From an uncultured Acidimicrobiia bacterium (GTDB lineage: Bacteria > Actinomycetota > Acidimicrobiia > Acidimicrobiales > SZUA-35), in contig CAWAEN010000002.1 in NCBI GenBank assembly GCA_963781035.1, positions 20,998-84,997 on the forward strand: a DNA stretch of 64,000 nucleotides, read 5' to 3'. The notes below the pieces were generated by a model. It did no database searches, was not told the DNA's origin, and saw only the letters and a list, made by a program, of their open reading frames with translations. The position numbers and the translations under genes are program-made. Every line of letters starts with the position of its first letter. Position 1 is the first letter of the stretch. Below, in pieces: positions 36,039-49,736 of the stretch.

Positions 36039-36995
36039 ATGACCTCTCCCACCAATGGTGTCGGCTTCCGGTTCGCCGGTGTCGGCGCTCACCTCCCCGA
36101 GAAGATCGTCACGAACGACGACCTCTCGAAGAACATGGACACCACTCACGAGTGGATCTTCGAGCGCACGGGGATCGCACAGCGCCACGTCGGCGGATCG
36201 ACGTCCGAGCTGGCGACCATCGCCTGCCAGCGAGCGATGGATCGCGCCGGCGTGGGGCCAGACGACATCGACCAGCTCCTGCTCGCCACCACCTCACCGG
36301 ACTACATCTGCCCCGGTACGGCGCCGGCCGTCGCCTACAATCTCGGTCTCGACTGCGGTGCGCTCGACATTCAGGCTGCGTGCTCCGGCTGGGTGTACGG
36401 GCTGGTGCATGCCAACGGGTTGATGCTCCAAGGCATGAACCGGATTCTCGTCGCCGGCGCCGAGGCGCTCGATCAGATCACCGACTACACCGATCGAGGC
36501 ACCGGCATCTTGTTCGGCAACGGAGCCGGCGCCGCCGTCGTGGAGCCGGATCCGAGCGGCGGCGGCGAACTCCTCGGTTTCGACCTCGGCGCAGCGGGCG
36601 AGTTCGTCCGCATCCTCTACGCCGAGCACGGCGGGGTGCTCCAGATGGACGGCAAGGAGGTCTTCCGCCAGGCGGTCACTGCCATCAACCGGTCGGTCAC
36701 GAATGCGCTCGATCGTGCCGGACTCACCGTGGCCGACGTCGATCTCGTCCTCCCCCACCAGGCCAACATCCGGATCGTCGAAGCTGCGTGGAAGAAGCTC
36801 GGGTTCTCGATGGAACAGACAGCGATGCGGCTGCACGAGACCGGCAACACCTCGGCGGCATCGATTCCACTCGTCCTCGACCAGGCACTCGACCAGGGCC
36901 GCATCGCCGAGGGTTCGATCGTGATGTTCGTCGGTTTCGGTGCCGGCATGACCTGGGCTACGACCGTGCACCGGTGGGCCGGCGACGTCCGATGA
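36039..36995 (+). CDS. fabH: beta-ketoacyl-ACP synthase III
   Basis: WIFERTGI, AACSG, HQANIRI, GNTSAASIP. Confidence 0.95.
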   Translation: MTSPTNGVGFRFAGVGAHLPEKIVTNDDLSKNMDTTHEWIFERTGIAQRHVGGSTSELATIACQRAMDRAGVGPDDIDQLLLATTSPDYICPGTAPAVAYNLGLDCGALDIQAACSGWVYGLVHANGLMLQGMNRILVAGAEALDQITDYTDRGTGILFGNGAGAAVVEPDPSGGGELLGFDLGAAGEFVRILYAEHGGVLQMDGKEVFRQAVTAINRSVTNALDRAGLTVADVDLVLPHQANIRIVEAAWKKLGFSMEQTAMRLHETGNTSAASIPLVLDQALDQGRIAEGSIVMFVGFGAGMTWATTVHRWAGDVR

Positions 36996-37792
36996 GCGTC
37001 CTCAAACGCGACGACGATCCTGCTCCTCGATCGCCTCGCACCCGCCCGACTCCCCGGCCACGGGCCGAGCAGCCCGAGAGAGCCGAGCGCATTGCTTTCG
37101 TGACCGGCGGGACGCGCGGCATCGGACTCGCATGTGCCGAGCAGCTGGCTGAAGACGGCCACCGAGTCGTCGTCGGCAGTCGAACACGACCTGACCGGCT
37201 TCCAGAGGGCCTGGCGTGGGTCGCCTGCGACGTCACCGACCCTGCGCAGGTCGACGCCGCGTTCGACGCGATCGAAGAGGAAGTCGGCCCGGTCACGATC
37301 CTGGTCGCGAACGCCGGGATCACGAACGACGGCCTCGTCCTCCGAATGAGCGACGAAGACTTCACCGGCGTCGTCGACGCCAACCTCGGCGGCGCCTTCC
37401 GCGTCGCCAAGCGATCGATCCGACCGATGATGAAGCAGCGATGGGGGCGGATCATCCTCATCTCGTCCGTCGTCGGAACGCTCGGGCAGACCGGGCAGGC
37501 CAACTACGCAGCATCCAAGGCCGGACTGGTCGGCCTCGGCCGATCGCTGGCCCGTGAGTTCGCCTCACGCCAGATCACCGTCAACCTCGTCGCCCCCGGC
37601 CCGATCGACACCGACATGCTCGACGCACTCGGAGACAACGCACGATCCGCCATCGTCGACAGCGTCCCACTCGGTCGAGTCGGCACACCCGAGGACGTCG
37701 CGGCCGCCGTGAGTTTTCTGGCGTCTGACGGCGCCGACTACATCACCGGCGCCACGATTCCTGTCGACGGCGGCCTGGGCATGGGCGGCTAG
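36992..37792 (+). CDS. fabG: 3-oxoacyl-ACP reductase
   Basis: TGGTRGIG, NAGIT, YAASK, VDGG. Confidence 0.93.
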   Translation: MSVLKRDDDPAPRSPRTRPTPRPRAEQPERAERIAFVTGGTRGIGLACAEQLAEDGHRVVVGSRTRPDRLPEGLAWVACDVTDPAQVDAAFDAIEEEVGPVTILVANAGITNDGLVLRMSDEDFTGVVDANLGGAFRVAKRSIRPMMKQRWGRIILISSVVGTLGQTGQANYAASKAGLVGLGRSLAREFASRQITVNLVAPGPIDTDMLDALGDNARSAIVDSVPLGRVGTPEDVAAAVSFLASDGADYITGATIPVDGGLGMGG

Positions 37793-37889
37793 CCCACCAA
37801 GAGCGACCGAGAACCGCTTCGGGCGGGTCTCCCGGATAGCGTAAGACAGTCCAGCGAGTCTGCTGGCAGACGGTTCAGGAGGAACCAAC

Positions 37890-38129
37890 GTGAGTGATGA
37901 ACAGAACTTCGAGCGATTCAAGAAGTGTGCGATCGAGGTGCTCTCGGTCGAAGGTGACAAGATCACCAAGGAGTCACGTTTCGCCGAGGATCTCGATGCC
38001 GACAGCCTCGACCTCGTCGAGCTCGTGATGGCACTCGAGGAAGAGTTCGATGTGAGCGTCGACGAAGAGGAACTCGACGGAGTCGAGACCGTCGGCGCCG
38101 CCTACGACTTGGTCGTCGGCAAGCTCTGA
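37890..38129 (+). CDS. acpP: acyl carrier protein
   Basis: DLDADSLDLVELVMALEEEF. Confidence 0.97.
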   Translation: MSDEQNFERFKKCAIEVLSVEGDKITKESRFAEDLDADSLDLVELVMALEEEFDVSVDEEELDGVETVGAAYDLVVGKL

Positions 38130-39310
38130 TGCACAGTCGGCGGGTTGCGATCACTGGGATCGGGGTCGTTGCCCCGTGCGGCATCGGTGTCGAGGCATTC
38201 TGGGAGGGACTGCACCATGCACCCCCACCCGGCGATGAGCGCCACATCGAGAGCTGGGATCCAGCTCCGCTGTTCGCCAACCCCAAAGAGGCGCGACGCT
38301 CCGACCGGTTCGCCCAGTTCGCGCTGGGCGCTGCGGCCGAGGCGCTGGCACAGGCCGGCGACCTCGGTCTCGACCACCAACGCATCGGCACCTGGATCGG
38401 CACCGGAATCGGCGGCATCGAGACCAACGAACGCGAAATCGTCAACCAGCACGAGAAAGGCCCTCGCCGAGTCAGTCCGTTCCTGGTTCCGATGATGATG
38501 CCGAACGCCGCGGCGGCGTCCGTATCGATGAAGTACGGCTTCCAGGGGCCGTGCGAGAACACGGTCACCGCATGCGCGGCCGGCACTCACTCGCTCGGCC
38601 GGGCGGCCGAACTCATTCGCCATGGACGGGTCGACGCGATGATCGCGGGTGGCGCCGAGGCGCCGATGACCCCGACCGCTCTCGCCGGGTTCCGGAACAT
38701 GACGGCCATGACCAAAGCCGGTGTCTCGATGCCGTTCGACGAGCGGCGTGACGGTTTCGTGATCGCCGAAGGTGCCGCCGTTCTCGTGATGGAGGAGTGG
38801 GAACACGCGGTGAGCCGAGGGGCCGACATCCTCGCCGAGTTCATGGGTTCGGCCAGCACGGCTGACGCTCACCACATCACGGCTCCCTCACCGGGCGGCG
38901 TGGGAGCCATCCAATGCATCCGCCTGGCACTCGAGGACTCGGGCCTTGCCCCCGGCGACATCACATACGTCAACGCCCACGGCACATCGACATCGCTGAA
39001 CGACGCCGCCGAGGCAGCCGCCGTCGCAAGCGTGTTCGGCACCGACCCGGGTCCCGCCATGAACTCGATCAAGGGCGTCACCGGCCACTCGTTCGGTGCT
39101 GCCGGGGCCATCGAAGCAGTGGCTGTCGTGCTGTCGATGCAGAAACGCTCCATTCCACCCACATTGGGCCTGGAGATCATCGACCCCGAGCTACCGCCGG
39201 TTGACATCGTGATGACCGTGGCCCGCGACTGGGAGCCCGCACCCACGATGTCGAACAGTTTCGGTTTCGGCGGTCACAACGGCTCGCTGGTCATCGCTCC
39301 GGCCGGCTGA
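38129..39310 (+). CDS. fabF: beta-ketoacyl-ACP synthase II
   Basis: TACAAG, DAHHITAP, NAHGTST, SNSFGFGGHN. Confidence 0.95.
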   Translation: MHSRRVAITGIGVVAPCGIGVEAFWEGLHHAPPPGDERHIESWDPAPLFANPKEARRSDRFAQFALGAAAEALAQAGDLGLDHQRIGTWIGTGIGGIETNEREIVNQHEKGPRRVSPFLVPMMMPNAAAASVSMKYGFQGPCENTVTACAAGTHSLGRAAELIRHGRVDAMIAGGAEAPMTPTALAGFRNMTAMTKAGVSMPFDERRDGFVIAEGAAVLVMEEWEHAVSRGADILAEFMGSASTADAHHITAPSPGGVGAIQCIRLALEDSGLAPGDITYVNAHGTSTSLNDAAEAAAVASVFGTDPGPAMNSIKGVTGHSFGAAGAIEAVAVVLSMQKRSIPPTLGLEIIDPELPPVDIVMTVARDWEPAPTMSNSFGFGGHNGSLVIAPAG

Positions 39311-39334
39311 CGCCTTTCGGTCCGGTCCTGGGCG

Positions 39335-39775
39335 TCAGTTCGGCGTCGGAGCCGGCGCCAGTACGACCATCAACTCGGCCGAACACGCGACCTCGCCGTT
39401 GACGGTGGCCCGGCCGACTCCCCTGCCCCCTCGAGCCGAGAGCCTCGAGAACTCGACCGAGAGCAGCAGGGTCTCCCCCGGCACGACCTGGCGCCGGAAC
39501 TTCACCTTGTCGACCCCTCCGAAGAACGGGATCTTCCCGGCGTGGGCAGGGTCGGCCAGCGCCGCGCAGGCGCCGACCTGAGCGAGCGCCTCGACCATCA
39601 ACACACCGGGAAGCGTTGGAAGGCCGGGAAAGTGGCCCGGCCAGAAGTACTCATCGCCGGTGAGATGCCATGTCCCGGCAACTCGTTCTCCCGGCACCAA
39701 CTCGACGAGTTCGTCGACGAGGAGAAACGGCGGTCGGTGGGGCAGCAGATCGATGGGCCGGGGCAGCTCTGTCAT
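39335..39775 (-). CDS. fabZ: 3-hydroxyacyl-ACP dehydratase
   Basis: LPHRPPFLLVD, GHFPG..LPGVLMVEALAQ. Confidence 0.95.
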   Translation of the reverse strand: MTELPRPIDLLPHRPPFLLVDELVELVPGERVAGTWHLTGDEYFWPGHFPGLPTLPGVLMVEALAQVGACAALADPAHAGKIPFFGGVDKVKFRRQVVPGETLLLSVEFSRLSARGGRGVGRATVNGEVACSAELMVVLAPAPTPN

Positions 39776-39810
39776 TCTGGCAGTCTGCCAAATCGCCGGG
39801 TGGGAACGCG

Positions 39811-39841
39811 AAACACCGACCGGGGTGGCCCCGGTCGGTGT
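39811..39841 (-). terminator. intrinsic terminator after the HU gene
   Basis: ACACCGACCGGGG/CCCCGGTCGGTGT 13-bp stem with T residues downstream on the minus strand. Confidence 0.7.
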
Positions 39842-39868
39842 CCACGTGTTCGTTTGCTACAGCCGAAA

Positions 39869-40166
39869 TCAGCTGGGAGGAGTCTGCGTGCCCTTGGCGT
39901 ACGCCTTGAGCTTTGCCCCGGCCGTGATCTTCACAGCGTTCGAGGCCGGGATCTCCAGCGGCTCGTTGGTCTGGGGGTTGAAGCCCTTGCGGGCCTTCCG
40001 ATGGACCTGCTCGAACGAGAGCATCCCGGGGATGACGACCTTGTCGCCGCCCTTGGCAACAGCTCGTGAGATTTCGACGAACATGGCGTCAATGACCGCG
40101 CCCGGCATCCTTTTTCGACACGCCCGCTCGTTCAGCGGCTGCATCGACCAGTTCGGTCTTGTTCAT
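39869..40166 (-). CDS. hup: HU family DNA-binding protein (frameshifted)
   Basis: MNKTELVDAAAE..; RKARKGFNPQTNEPLEIPAS. Confidence 0.9.
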
Positions 40167-40343
40167 GACCACTCCTACTCTGTAACTCCCGCGACTCGGG
40201 AGTACCCGCTTCAGCAGAGCAGTGTCAAATGACAAAGTCAAGGATTTCGTCAGGTTCGTGTCCCTGTGGACCCTCTTGAAAGAGGACATTCGCGGCGACG
40301 CCAAATGACACATCACGACCCTCGCCGGGTCACGATTGGTTGA

Positions 40344-40813
40344 TCATGGCCGAGCTCGCTTGCTCGAAGTAGTCGGCGAACATCGAGCGAGCCGACGCCG
40401 ATGATCATCGGGCCTTCGGTCGGGTGACCCAGGAGCGAGTCTGCCGGTGCATCGGCGAGCGTTGCGTCGATGCGCCGCCATCATCAACGCCAGCCACGCA
40501 TCACGTTCGGCCGGCCCGATGGCAAACGGGAAGGTGCCGCATTCGGAGTCGGGGATGACCACGCTCCTCGCTGTAGGTCGCCGGCCCGCCCCAGTACTGA
40601 ACGAGGAACAGCGCAGTGTGCCGGCTCGCATCGGTCAGGTCTTCGGGATAGAGCGGCTTCAGCACCGGATCACGTCGTCGACAGCGTCGTAGAAGTGATC
40701 AACGACATGTCCGAAGAAGGTGCTTCCCACCCACCGCATCGAACAGCGAGACCCGAACGGGTTCTCGGCTGTGGGCGCCGCCGTTGCCGGGGAGGTGCTG
40801 CGTTCGTTGGCAC
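40344..40813 (-). CDS. group II truncated hemoglobin (frameshifted, ends approximate)
   Basis: fragments [57 protein letters not shown]. Confidence 0.8.
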
Positions 40814-40928
40814 AGAACCGTCGCCTTCAGACGAATTCGAGCCTCGATCCGTTCCGTCTCTCATCTCATGCGAGGATAGGGGAATGCTTCGCTGGTCCTC
40901 CTGGTTCGCCTGCTCCATGGTTGTGTTC

Positions 40929-41487
40929 ATGAGCCCGCCCGGGAACGCAACCGGTGCACAGGCCAAGTTCGACGAGCAGGTCGTTCCGCAGCTCGAGATC
41001 TTGTATCGGACAGCCCGTTCGTTGACCCGGTCGTCGAGCGATGCCGAGGATCTCGTGCAGGAAACGCTCCTCCGAGCCTTCCGGGCCATCGACCGTTTCG
41101 ACGGTCGGTATCCGCGGGCGTGGTTGCTCACCATCATGCGCAACGCCAACATCAACCGGGCTCGCAAGAAGACACCGGATCTGCTCGACGATCCCGAATT
41201 CACCTTCGAGCGATCCATGCGGTTCGCCGACACCACGACACCCGGAGGACGATGTCGTCGAGCCCATCTTCGATGCTGTCGTCCAGGAGGCCTACGACCG
41301 TCTCCCCGACAACTTCCGCAACGTCGTCGAACTGGTCGATCTGAACGGCCTGGCCTATGCCGAGGCGGCCGAAGTCCTCCGATGTCCCGGTCGGCACGGT
41401 GATGAGCCGGCTCCATCGAGCCCGCAAGCGAATTCGCGATGAGATCACCGAGCGACGGCCTCGATTCGCACGAGGAGCGACTCATGA
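40929..41487 (+). CDS. ECF sigma-70 factor (frameshifted, end approximate)
   Basis: DAEDLVQETLLRAF, AWLLTIMRN, PVGTVMSRLHRAR. Confidence 0.9.
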
Positions 41488-41770
41488 TCATCAACCGGCT
41501 CTTGAGTCGCACTTCGAGGCGGCCCGACCTGCGCCGAGGTGATGGAACGTGCTCCAGAGCTATCTCGACGGCGAAGTCGATCCGAGCACGGCCCGCGATG
41601 TCGCCGGCCACCTCGAGTCATGCGCCGACTGCGATCTCGAATCCGAGACGTACCGACGCATCAAGCGACACTGGCCAAGCCGGGCCGCACCGGTCGATCC
41701 CAAGGTCATGGCGAGTCTCCGAGCGTTCTCCGACCGGCTCGTCACCGGCGACCTCGACGGCTCCGCCTGA
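41484..41770 (+). CDS. zf-HC2 (ZAS) anti-sigma factor (frameshifted)
   Basis: LQSYLDGE..HLESCADC (HxxxCxxC) directly after the ECF sigma. Confidence 0.85.
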
Positions 41771-41874
41771 CCCCGGTTGTCCGCCCGACGGTTCGAGCAG
41801 CCGGCCGTGCTGATCACCAACAGGGCCGGAAACGGTCCGCCCGCAGTCGTCATTGATCGTGTTACGATTCTGGA

Positions 41875-41919
41875 GTGTTTCTCCTCCTCGACCTTCGACT
41901 TCTGACCCCGGCCGCCTGA
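41875..41919 (+). CDS. leucine-rich leader peptide of leuA (MFLLLDLRLLTPAA)
   Basis: GTG 6 nt after a TACGAT -10 box; 6 of 14 codons are Leu; ends ~100 nt before leuA. Confidence 0.75.
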   Translation: MFLLLDLRLLTPAA

Positions 41920-43743
<1,824 letters not shown>

Positions 43744-43762
43744 CTGTCGACGTCGACGCCGG

Positions 43763-45011
43763 TCATGGCTCGATGAGCACGTGGTCAGGCTGATACGTCG
43801 ACCAGGAGAACCAGAACGTGTCGACGTGAGCGACGGGTTCCAACCGCTCCCCGGCCAGCGGACCGGCGATCGCACGGACCCGTCACCGTCCAGGTCGAAC
43901 CCGTCTCGACATCCCGGAAGCCGTCATCCCCGGCCGCGAACGTCAACGCAATACCCTCCGGTCCCGTTGCGACAAACGCGCCGGTCTGCCCCACATCGCG
44001 CCCATCGGCTACCGATCCGGCTTCCAGCGACGACCGCAACCCCGGTTCGTGGAACACGACCAGCGAACGGCCCTCGGCATGCGATGGCGACCACACCGAC
44101 TTCAGTCAGGCGTTCCAGCAGGATCCCGAAGGTCTGTGCGCCATCGATGACACCGACGACACGATCCTTCGGCCCGAACTGATCGTCGATCGGCTGCGAG
44201 ATGAAACCACCGATCGGATCGGTCGATGCATCGTCGTAGCCGACGTAGGGGTTCTCGCCGTACCGTCGACTGACACCCGTTTCCCGCGTCAACACCGTCC
44301 CATCCGGGAACGCCTCGACGAACGAGCGATACCCGAGCGTCTGGGCCGGAATCAGTACGAGCTCGAGCACCGGCGTAGTGCCCCACCAGGCCTTGGCCGG
44401 TGAAGTGAGCCCACAGAGACTCGGTCTGTCGGTCGTACATGACCAACGCCGACTGGTACAGCTCGCCGGACGTGCCGAAGTCGAGCAACCGATCGCCGAA
44501 CTGCCGCTCGAACGCCAGCGCCGAGTTGCACAGCGGACAGTAGGTCACCGTCACCGGCACACCGCCCACCTCGTCGTTGACGATCTCGTGCCAGATCAGG
44601 ATCTGGACGGGGTAGGCCTTCGCCTCCCCGTTGATCTCCACGACGACCACGCCCTCGTCGTCGCCGAGGAAGTCGATCTGGTCGATCGGCAGGAAGACCG
44701 GAGCATCGATCGGTGGGATCCCATCCGGGGGCAGGCCCCCCGGAGACGATGTCATCCGGATCGATGACGGCCGGCGGAAAGCTGGGATCGGTTCGGTCGC
44801 CTCGCAACGCCGAAGCCGAAGGCTCGGAGTCGTAGTCGATCGCGCTGTAGTCGAACGGCGGAAGGTCGAGGCGTGGACGACTCGACCGGTGCCGGTTCGG
44901 TGACTCGTGGCCGCCCCGGGATGCCACCGTCGAGCGATCGGAATCGGTCAGCGCATGCAGGCAGCGACGACGGCGTGAAGGCGACGAGGGTGGCGAGTCG
45001 GCATGCCTCAC
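43763..45011 (-). CDS. DUF3179-like protein (frameshifted, start uncertain)
   Basis: PPDGIPPID.P, AYP..ILIWHEIVND, VTYCPLCNS, FGTSG.LY.S.LVMYDRQTESLW, FWFSW. Confidence 0.8.
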
Positions 45012-45067
45012 GAACCGATCAGCGCGGGCTGATCCTTCCCGCCGTCAGGAGCTTCCCCGTTCGTATG

Positions 45068-45862
45068 TCAGACGCTGTCGAGACCGGCTCGCAGCGCAGC
45101 GACGAACTCGATCGCCTGGTCAGTCGACCCACCATCGAGCATCCGGCGGATGATCGCCGAAGCAACAACGACACCGTCGGCGATTTCTGCCACCTCGGCT
45201 GCCTGCTCCGGCGTCGAGACGCCGATGCCGATGATCACCGGCAGGTCGGTGATGTCCTTGAGCCTCCGAGCGATCTCCTTGGCGCTCGACGCCAGCGCAG
45301 CCCGCTCACCCGTGATGCCGACGAGCCCGACGCCGTAGACGAAGCCACGGGAGCGTTCGACGATGCGGGGCAGTCGTTCGTCCGGCGCCGTCGGCGCTGC
45401 CAGCAGCACGGTCTCGACGCCCTGCTCGTCGGCAACGTCGGCCCACGGCCCGACTTCCTCGAGCGGAAGATCGGGCAGAATCGCTGCCGCCATGCCCGCT
45501 CGCTTCAGTTCGAGGCGGCGAACCGCTCGTGACCCATGTGGAACGCGATGTTGTAGTAGGTCATGCCGATCAGCGGGACCCCTGGATCGGTCTTGGCCAC
45601 TTCGTCGAAGCACCGTCGGCGGCGTGATGCCGGACTCCAGCGCGATCGCGGAGGCCTCCTGGATGGTCGGGCCGTCCATCACGGGGTCGGAGAAGGGAAT
45701 TCCGATCTCCATTGCGTCGGCCCCGGCTTGAGCGAAACCCTCGATCAGGCGAGGCCACTCGGCCAGGGGGTAGCCGCCGGTGACATACGGCAGCAGGAGC
45801 TTGCGGCCCTCTGCCCGTTTGGCCCTGAGGTGTTCCTCGAGCGTGCCCGTGTAGCCGTTCAT
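45068..45862 (-). CDS. trpA: tryptophan synthase alpha (frameshifted)
   Basis: [37 protein letters not shown]. Confidence 0.95.
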   Translation of the reverse strand: MNGYTGTLEEHLRAKRAEGRKLLLPYVTGGYPLAEWPRLIEGFAQAGADAMEIGIPFSDPVMDGPTIQEASAIALESGITPPTVLRRSGQDRSRGPADRHDLLQHRVPHGSRAVRRLELKRAGMAAAILPDLPLEEVGPWADVADEQGVETVLLAAPTAPDERLPRIVERSRGFVYGVGLVGITGERAALASSAKEIARRLKDITDLPVIIGIGVSTPEQAAEVAEIADGVVVASAIIRRMLDGGSTDQAIEFVAALRAGLDSV

Positions 45863-47074
45863 GAGCGCATGGTCTCCAATGCTTCTGGATCGCCGTCGAG
45901 GATCGCCTGCACCTGGGCAACGTCCTTGTCGCCGCGACCGGACAGGTTGAGCAGCACGGTCTTTCCCGCAAGCTCGTCCTTGGCCTTCACCATCCACGCC
46001 AAACCGTGTGCCGGCTCGAGCGCCGGAATGATGCCCTCCGTCCTCGCCAGCAGCTGGAACGCCTCGATCACCTCGGTGTCGGTCACCGACTCGTAGCGGG
46101 CCCGACCGATCTCGGCCAGGTGGGCATGCTCGGGGCCGACGCCCGGATAGTCGAGGCCGGCCGACACCGAATGCGCTTCCTGGACCTGGCCGAACTCGTC
46201 CTGCATCAGGTAGCTGAGCGAACCGTGGACGACACCGGGTACGGCACGACCGGTCGCCGCTCCCCCGCTGGGCTCTGCGCCGATCAGCTCTGCGTCGGTG
46301 TCGACGAACCCCGAGAAGATGCCGGCTGCGTTCGAACCACCACCAACACAGGCAACGACCACATCGGGGATCACCACCGAGCAGTGCCTGGCACTGCTCG
46401 CGTGCCTCTGAACCGATCACCCGGTGGAACTCGCGCACCATCCACGGGTACGGATGAGGGCCCATCACCGAACCGAGGAGGTAGTAGGTGTCCTCGACGG
46501 TGGCGACCCAGTACCGCATCGCCTCGTTCACGGCGTCTTTGAGCGTCCGGCTGCCCGACAGCGCCGTTCGCACCTCGGCGCCGAGAAGGTTCATCCGAAG
46601 CACGTTGAGGGCCTGGCGCTTGATGTCGACCTCACCCATGTAGACGATACATTCCATACCCATGAGCGCGGCGGCCGTCGCTGTCGCAACACCGTGCTGA
46701 CCGGCCCCGGTTTCGGCGACGAGGCGATTCTTGCCCATCCGCTTGGCCAGCAGCGCCTGACCGAGCACGTTGTTGATCTTGTGGGATCCGGTGTGGTTCA
46801 GATCCTCTCGCTTGAGCAGCACCCGGAAACCGAGCTCGGCTGAGAGGTTGTGGCACTCGGTCAGCGAGGATGGTCGGCCGCCGTACTCGACGAGCAGGGT
46901 GTGGAACTCCTCGACGAACGCAGGGTCGGCCCAGGCCTCGCGGAACGCGGACTCGAGCTCGGCACAAGCCGGCACCAGCGTCTCGGGAACGAAGCGGCCA
47001 CCGAATTGGCCGAAGCGGCCGGTCGAGTCGGGATCGCCCATCAGTGAATCGGGGCGGGAATCGGTCAGGGCCAT
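45859..47074 (-). CDS. trpB: tryptophan synthase beta (frameshifted)
   Basis: [46 protein letters not shown]. Confidence 0.97.
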
Positions 47075-47739
47075 GGAGTTGGATCCTCCCAATCGAACGG
47101 TGAGCCGACGATCGACTCGTGGTGGATCGCCGAGGGTGCCACGGATCGCGCGGCAGCGATGAACCGCTGCAGTTTCACCGGGTCTTTGACGCCAGGGCGG
47201 GACTCGACGCCACTGGCCAGATCGACCCCCCACGGGCGCAGGAGCTCGATCGCATCGACGACGTTGTCCGGATTCAGACCGCCTGCGAGCAGATATGGAC
47301 GGTCAGGGGGATCTGCAGCGAGCCGTTCCCAGTCGAACGCCACACCACTTCCCGGCTCGGGGGCGTCCACCAACAGTCGTACCGGGCCACAGGCGTCCAG
47401 GTCGTATCGACCGAGGGCGGCCGCCGGGAGAGCCCGGATGACGTTCGGGATTCGCTCTCCGATCCACGCCACGTCGTCCGGCGTCTCGTCGCCGTGGAGT
47501 TGGACGACCCGCAGGCCGACCTCGTTCGGCGATCTTCACCACCCGCTCACGTCGTTCGTTGCGGAACACGCCGACGGTGAGCACCTCGGGCGGGAGGCGA
47601 CGCACGATGTCCGTGGCGACCCGTGTCGTGATCTCCGCACGGAGGCGGGCACGAAGTTCAGGCCGACGGCATCGGCACCGAGACCGGCAGCCAGGAGAGC
47701 GTCGTCGGGAGTGGTGATCCCGCAGATCTTCACGAACAC
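47065..47739 (-). CDS. trpF: phosphoribosylanthranilate isomerase (frameshifted)
   Basis: [43 protein letters not shown]. Confidence 0.93.
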
Positions 47740-47801
47740 GGGCCGGAACCGTACTGTCGACCGGGCAGGTTCGGAGCCGATTTCCGCTTCCACGGTCGCG
47801 A

Positions 47802-48583
47802 TCACGCAGCCCGAAGTGCTGCGACCGCGGCGGACGGGATCCCCGGAGCGGACCAGCGCCTCACCCGACCAGAACCGCGTCGTAGCCTGCCTCACGCAAC
47901 AGCGCAGCGTCTTCCGGCCCTTCGACGCCGGACTCGGCCACGCGAACCACGGACGACGGAATCGCCGCTCCGACCCTCACGGCACGCGCCGTGTCGACCT
48001 CGAACGTGACGAGATCACGCTGATTCACACCGATGAGCGTGGCCCCGATTGCCAGCGCTCGCTCGACCTCCGCCTCGTCGTGCGTTTCGACCAGGGCGTC
48101 GAGCCCCAGTTCGATGGCAAGCTCGTGGAAGTCGGCGCAATTCCACGTCGTCGAGAGCCGCCACGATCAAAAGCACACAATCGGCGCCCATCAACCTCGC
48201 ATCGACCACATCTGAGGCTGCCACCGTGAAGTCCTTGCGGATCACCGGCAGAGCCGACCGCCGAACGGGCTGCGAGCAAGGTCCTCAGCCGATCCACCGA
48301 AGTGCGGCTCGTCGGTCAGGACCGACAGACACGTTGCCCCTCCGGCCGCGTAGGCCGCAGCCCACTCGGCAGGGTCGAGACCGATGTTGAGCGCACCTTT
48401 GGACGGCGATCGGCGCTTGATCTCACTGATCACGGCCAGTCCATCCGCATCCCGGATCGCGGCGCTGAACCCTCGCGTCGCCTCCGACGACCTCGCCTGC
48501 TCGATCAGACGATCGAGAGGGCGACGGTCGGCCGCGGCCCGCGAGCGGTGCACGTCGAGGATCGCATCGAGATAGGTGGCCAC
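47802..48583 (-). CDS. trpC: indole-3-glycerol phosphate synthase (frameshifted)
   Basis: [36 protein letters not shown]. Confidence 0.93.
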
Positions 48584-48640
48584 CGAACGAAGGCTATCGG
48601 CGCTGCATCAATCGGATCGGGGTCGCCCCCGCCCGACTAC

Positions 48641-48952
48641 TCAGATATCGAGCCCCTTGGCGACAACCGGCGCCAGGATCTTCACATCGGGTCGACCCCC
48701 GAGAAGGCCGCCGAGCGCGCCCATCGCCGCCTTCATCTTCTCACCTTTGCCGTGCACGGCGAACGCCTCGTCGTCGGCATACAACTCGAAGAAGTAGAGC
48801 GTGTTCGCATCGTTGGGGTCGCGGTGCAGGCTGTAGATCTCGAGGCCCGGTTCCTCCGCTGCCGCGGCAACGACCGCTTCGAGCCCGGCCACGAGCTCTT
48901 CGGACTTTCCTTCGGCTGCAGTGAGGGTGGCAATGATGCTGATCTTCGACAT
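48641..48952 (-). CDS. antibiotic biosynthesis monooxygenase (ABM) family protein
   Basis: about 100 aa; EPGLEIYSLH..FFELYADDEAFAVH. Confidence 0.85.
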   Translation of the reverse strand: MSKISIIATLTAAEGKSEELVAGLEAVVAAAAEEPGLEIYSLHRDPNDANTLYFFELYADDEAFAVHGKGEKMKAAMGALGGLLGGRPDVKILAPVVAKGLDI

Positions 48953-49037
48953 GGCGGGAACATACAGGACACCGCCGGACACATCACATTCCCCTCACAC
49001 AGAGCAACTACGGTCGGCGTGCGATGAGTGACGAGCG

Positions 49038-49736
49038 ATGATGGAACAGGATCCGACGAACGGCGGCCGGAGGGCCAGACTTCGCGTGGTTGTCGTCGAG
49101 GACGAGCCGGACATCGCCGATCTCCTCACGCTCTACTTCGAGCGCGAGGGCTGGACGGTGCATTGGTGCCAGGACGGGGAGCGCGGTCTCGAGACCATTC
49201 GAGCCAGACAACCAGATCTCGTCATTCTCGACATCGGGCTGCCGGGCATGTCCGGCCTGGACGTCTGCCGAGAGCTACGGACGACGAGCGATGTCCCGGT
49301 GCTGTTCCTCACAGCACGTGATGACGAGGTCGACCGGATTCTCGGTCTCGAACTCGGGGCAGACGACTACGTCACGAAGCCCTTCTCACCCCGCGAGGTC
49401 GTCGCCAGGGTGAAGGCGATTCTCCGCCGGGGACGGCGCGAGACCGAGACGACCGTTGTCGAGTTCGGGACGGTCAGCATCGACCTCGAACGACATGAGG
49501 CGACGGTCGCCGGCCAGCCCGTTTCGCTCGCCACGCAGGAGTTCCGCCTCCTGGCTCACTTGTGCACCAACCAGGGAGCCGTGCTGAGCCGTCAGCAACT
49601 GCTCGACGGCGCATGGGGCGAAGGCTGGATCGGCGACATCCGCACCGTGGATGTCCATGTTCGTCAACTCCGCCGCAAGCTCGGGGACGACCTTCCCCTG
49701 GCCACCGTCCGCGGTGCCGGATATCGGCTCGCCTGA
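49038..49736 (+). CDS. OmpR-family response regulator
   Basis: VEDE, LDIGLP, GADDYVTKPFS, RTVDVHVRQLRRKL. Confidence 0.95.
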   Translation: MMEQDPTNGGRRARLRVVVVEDEPDIADLLTLYFEREGWTVHWCQDGERGLETIRARQPDLVILDIGLPGMSGLDVCRELRTTSDVPVLFLTARDDEVDRILGLELGADDYVTKPFSPREVVARVKAILRRGRRETETTVVEFGTVSIDLERHEATVAGQPVSLATQEFRLLAHLCTNQGAVLSRQQLLDGAWGEGWIGDIRTVDVHVRQLRRKLGDDLPLATVRGAGYRLA

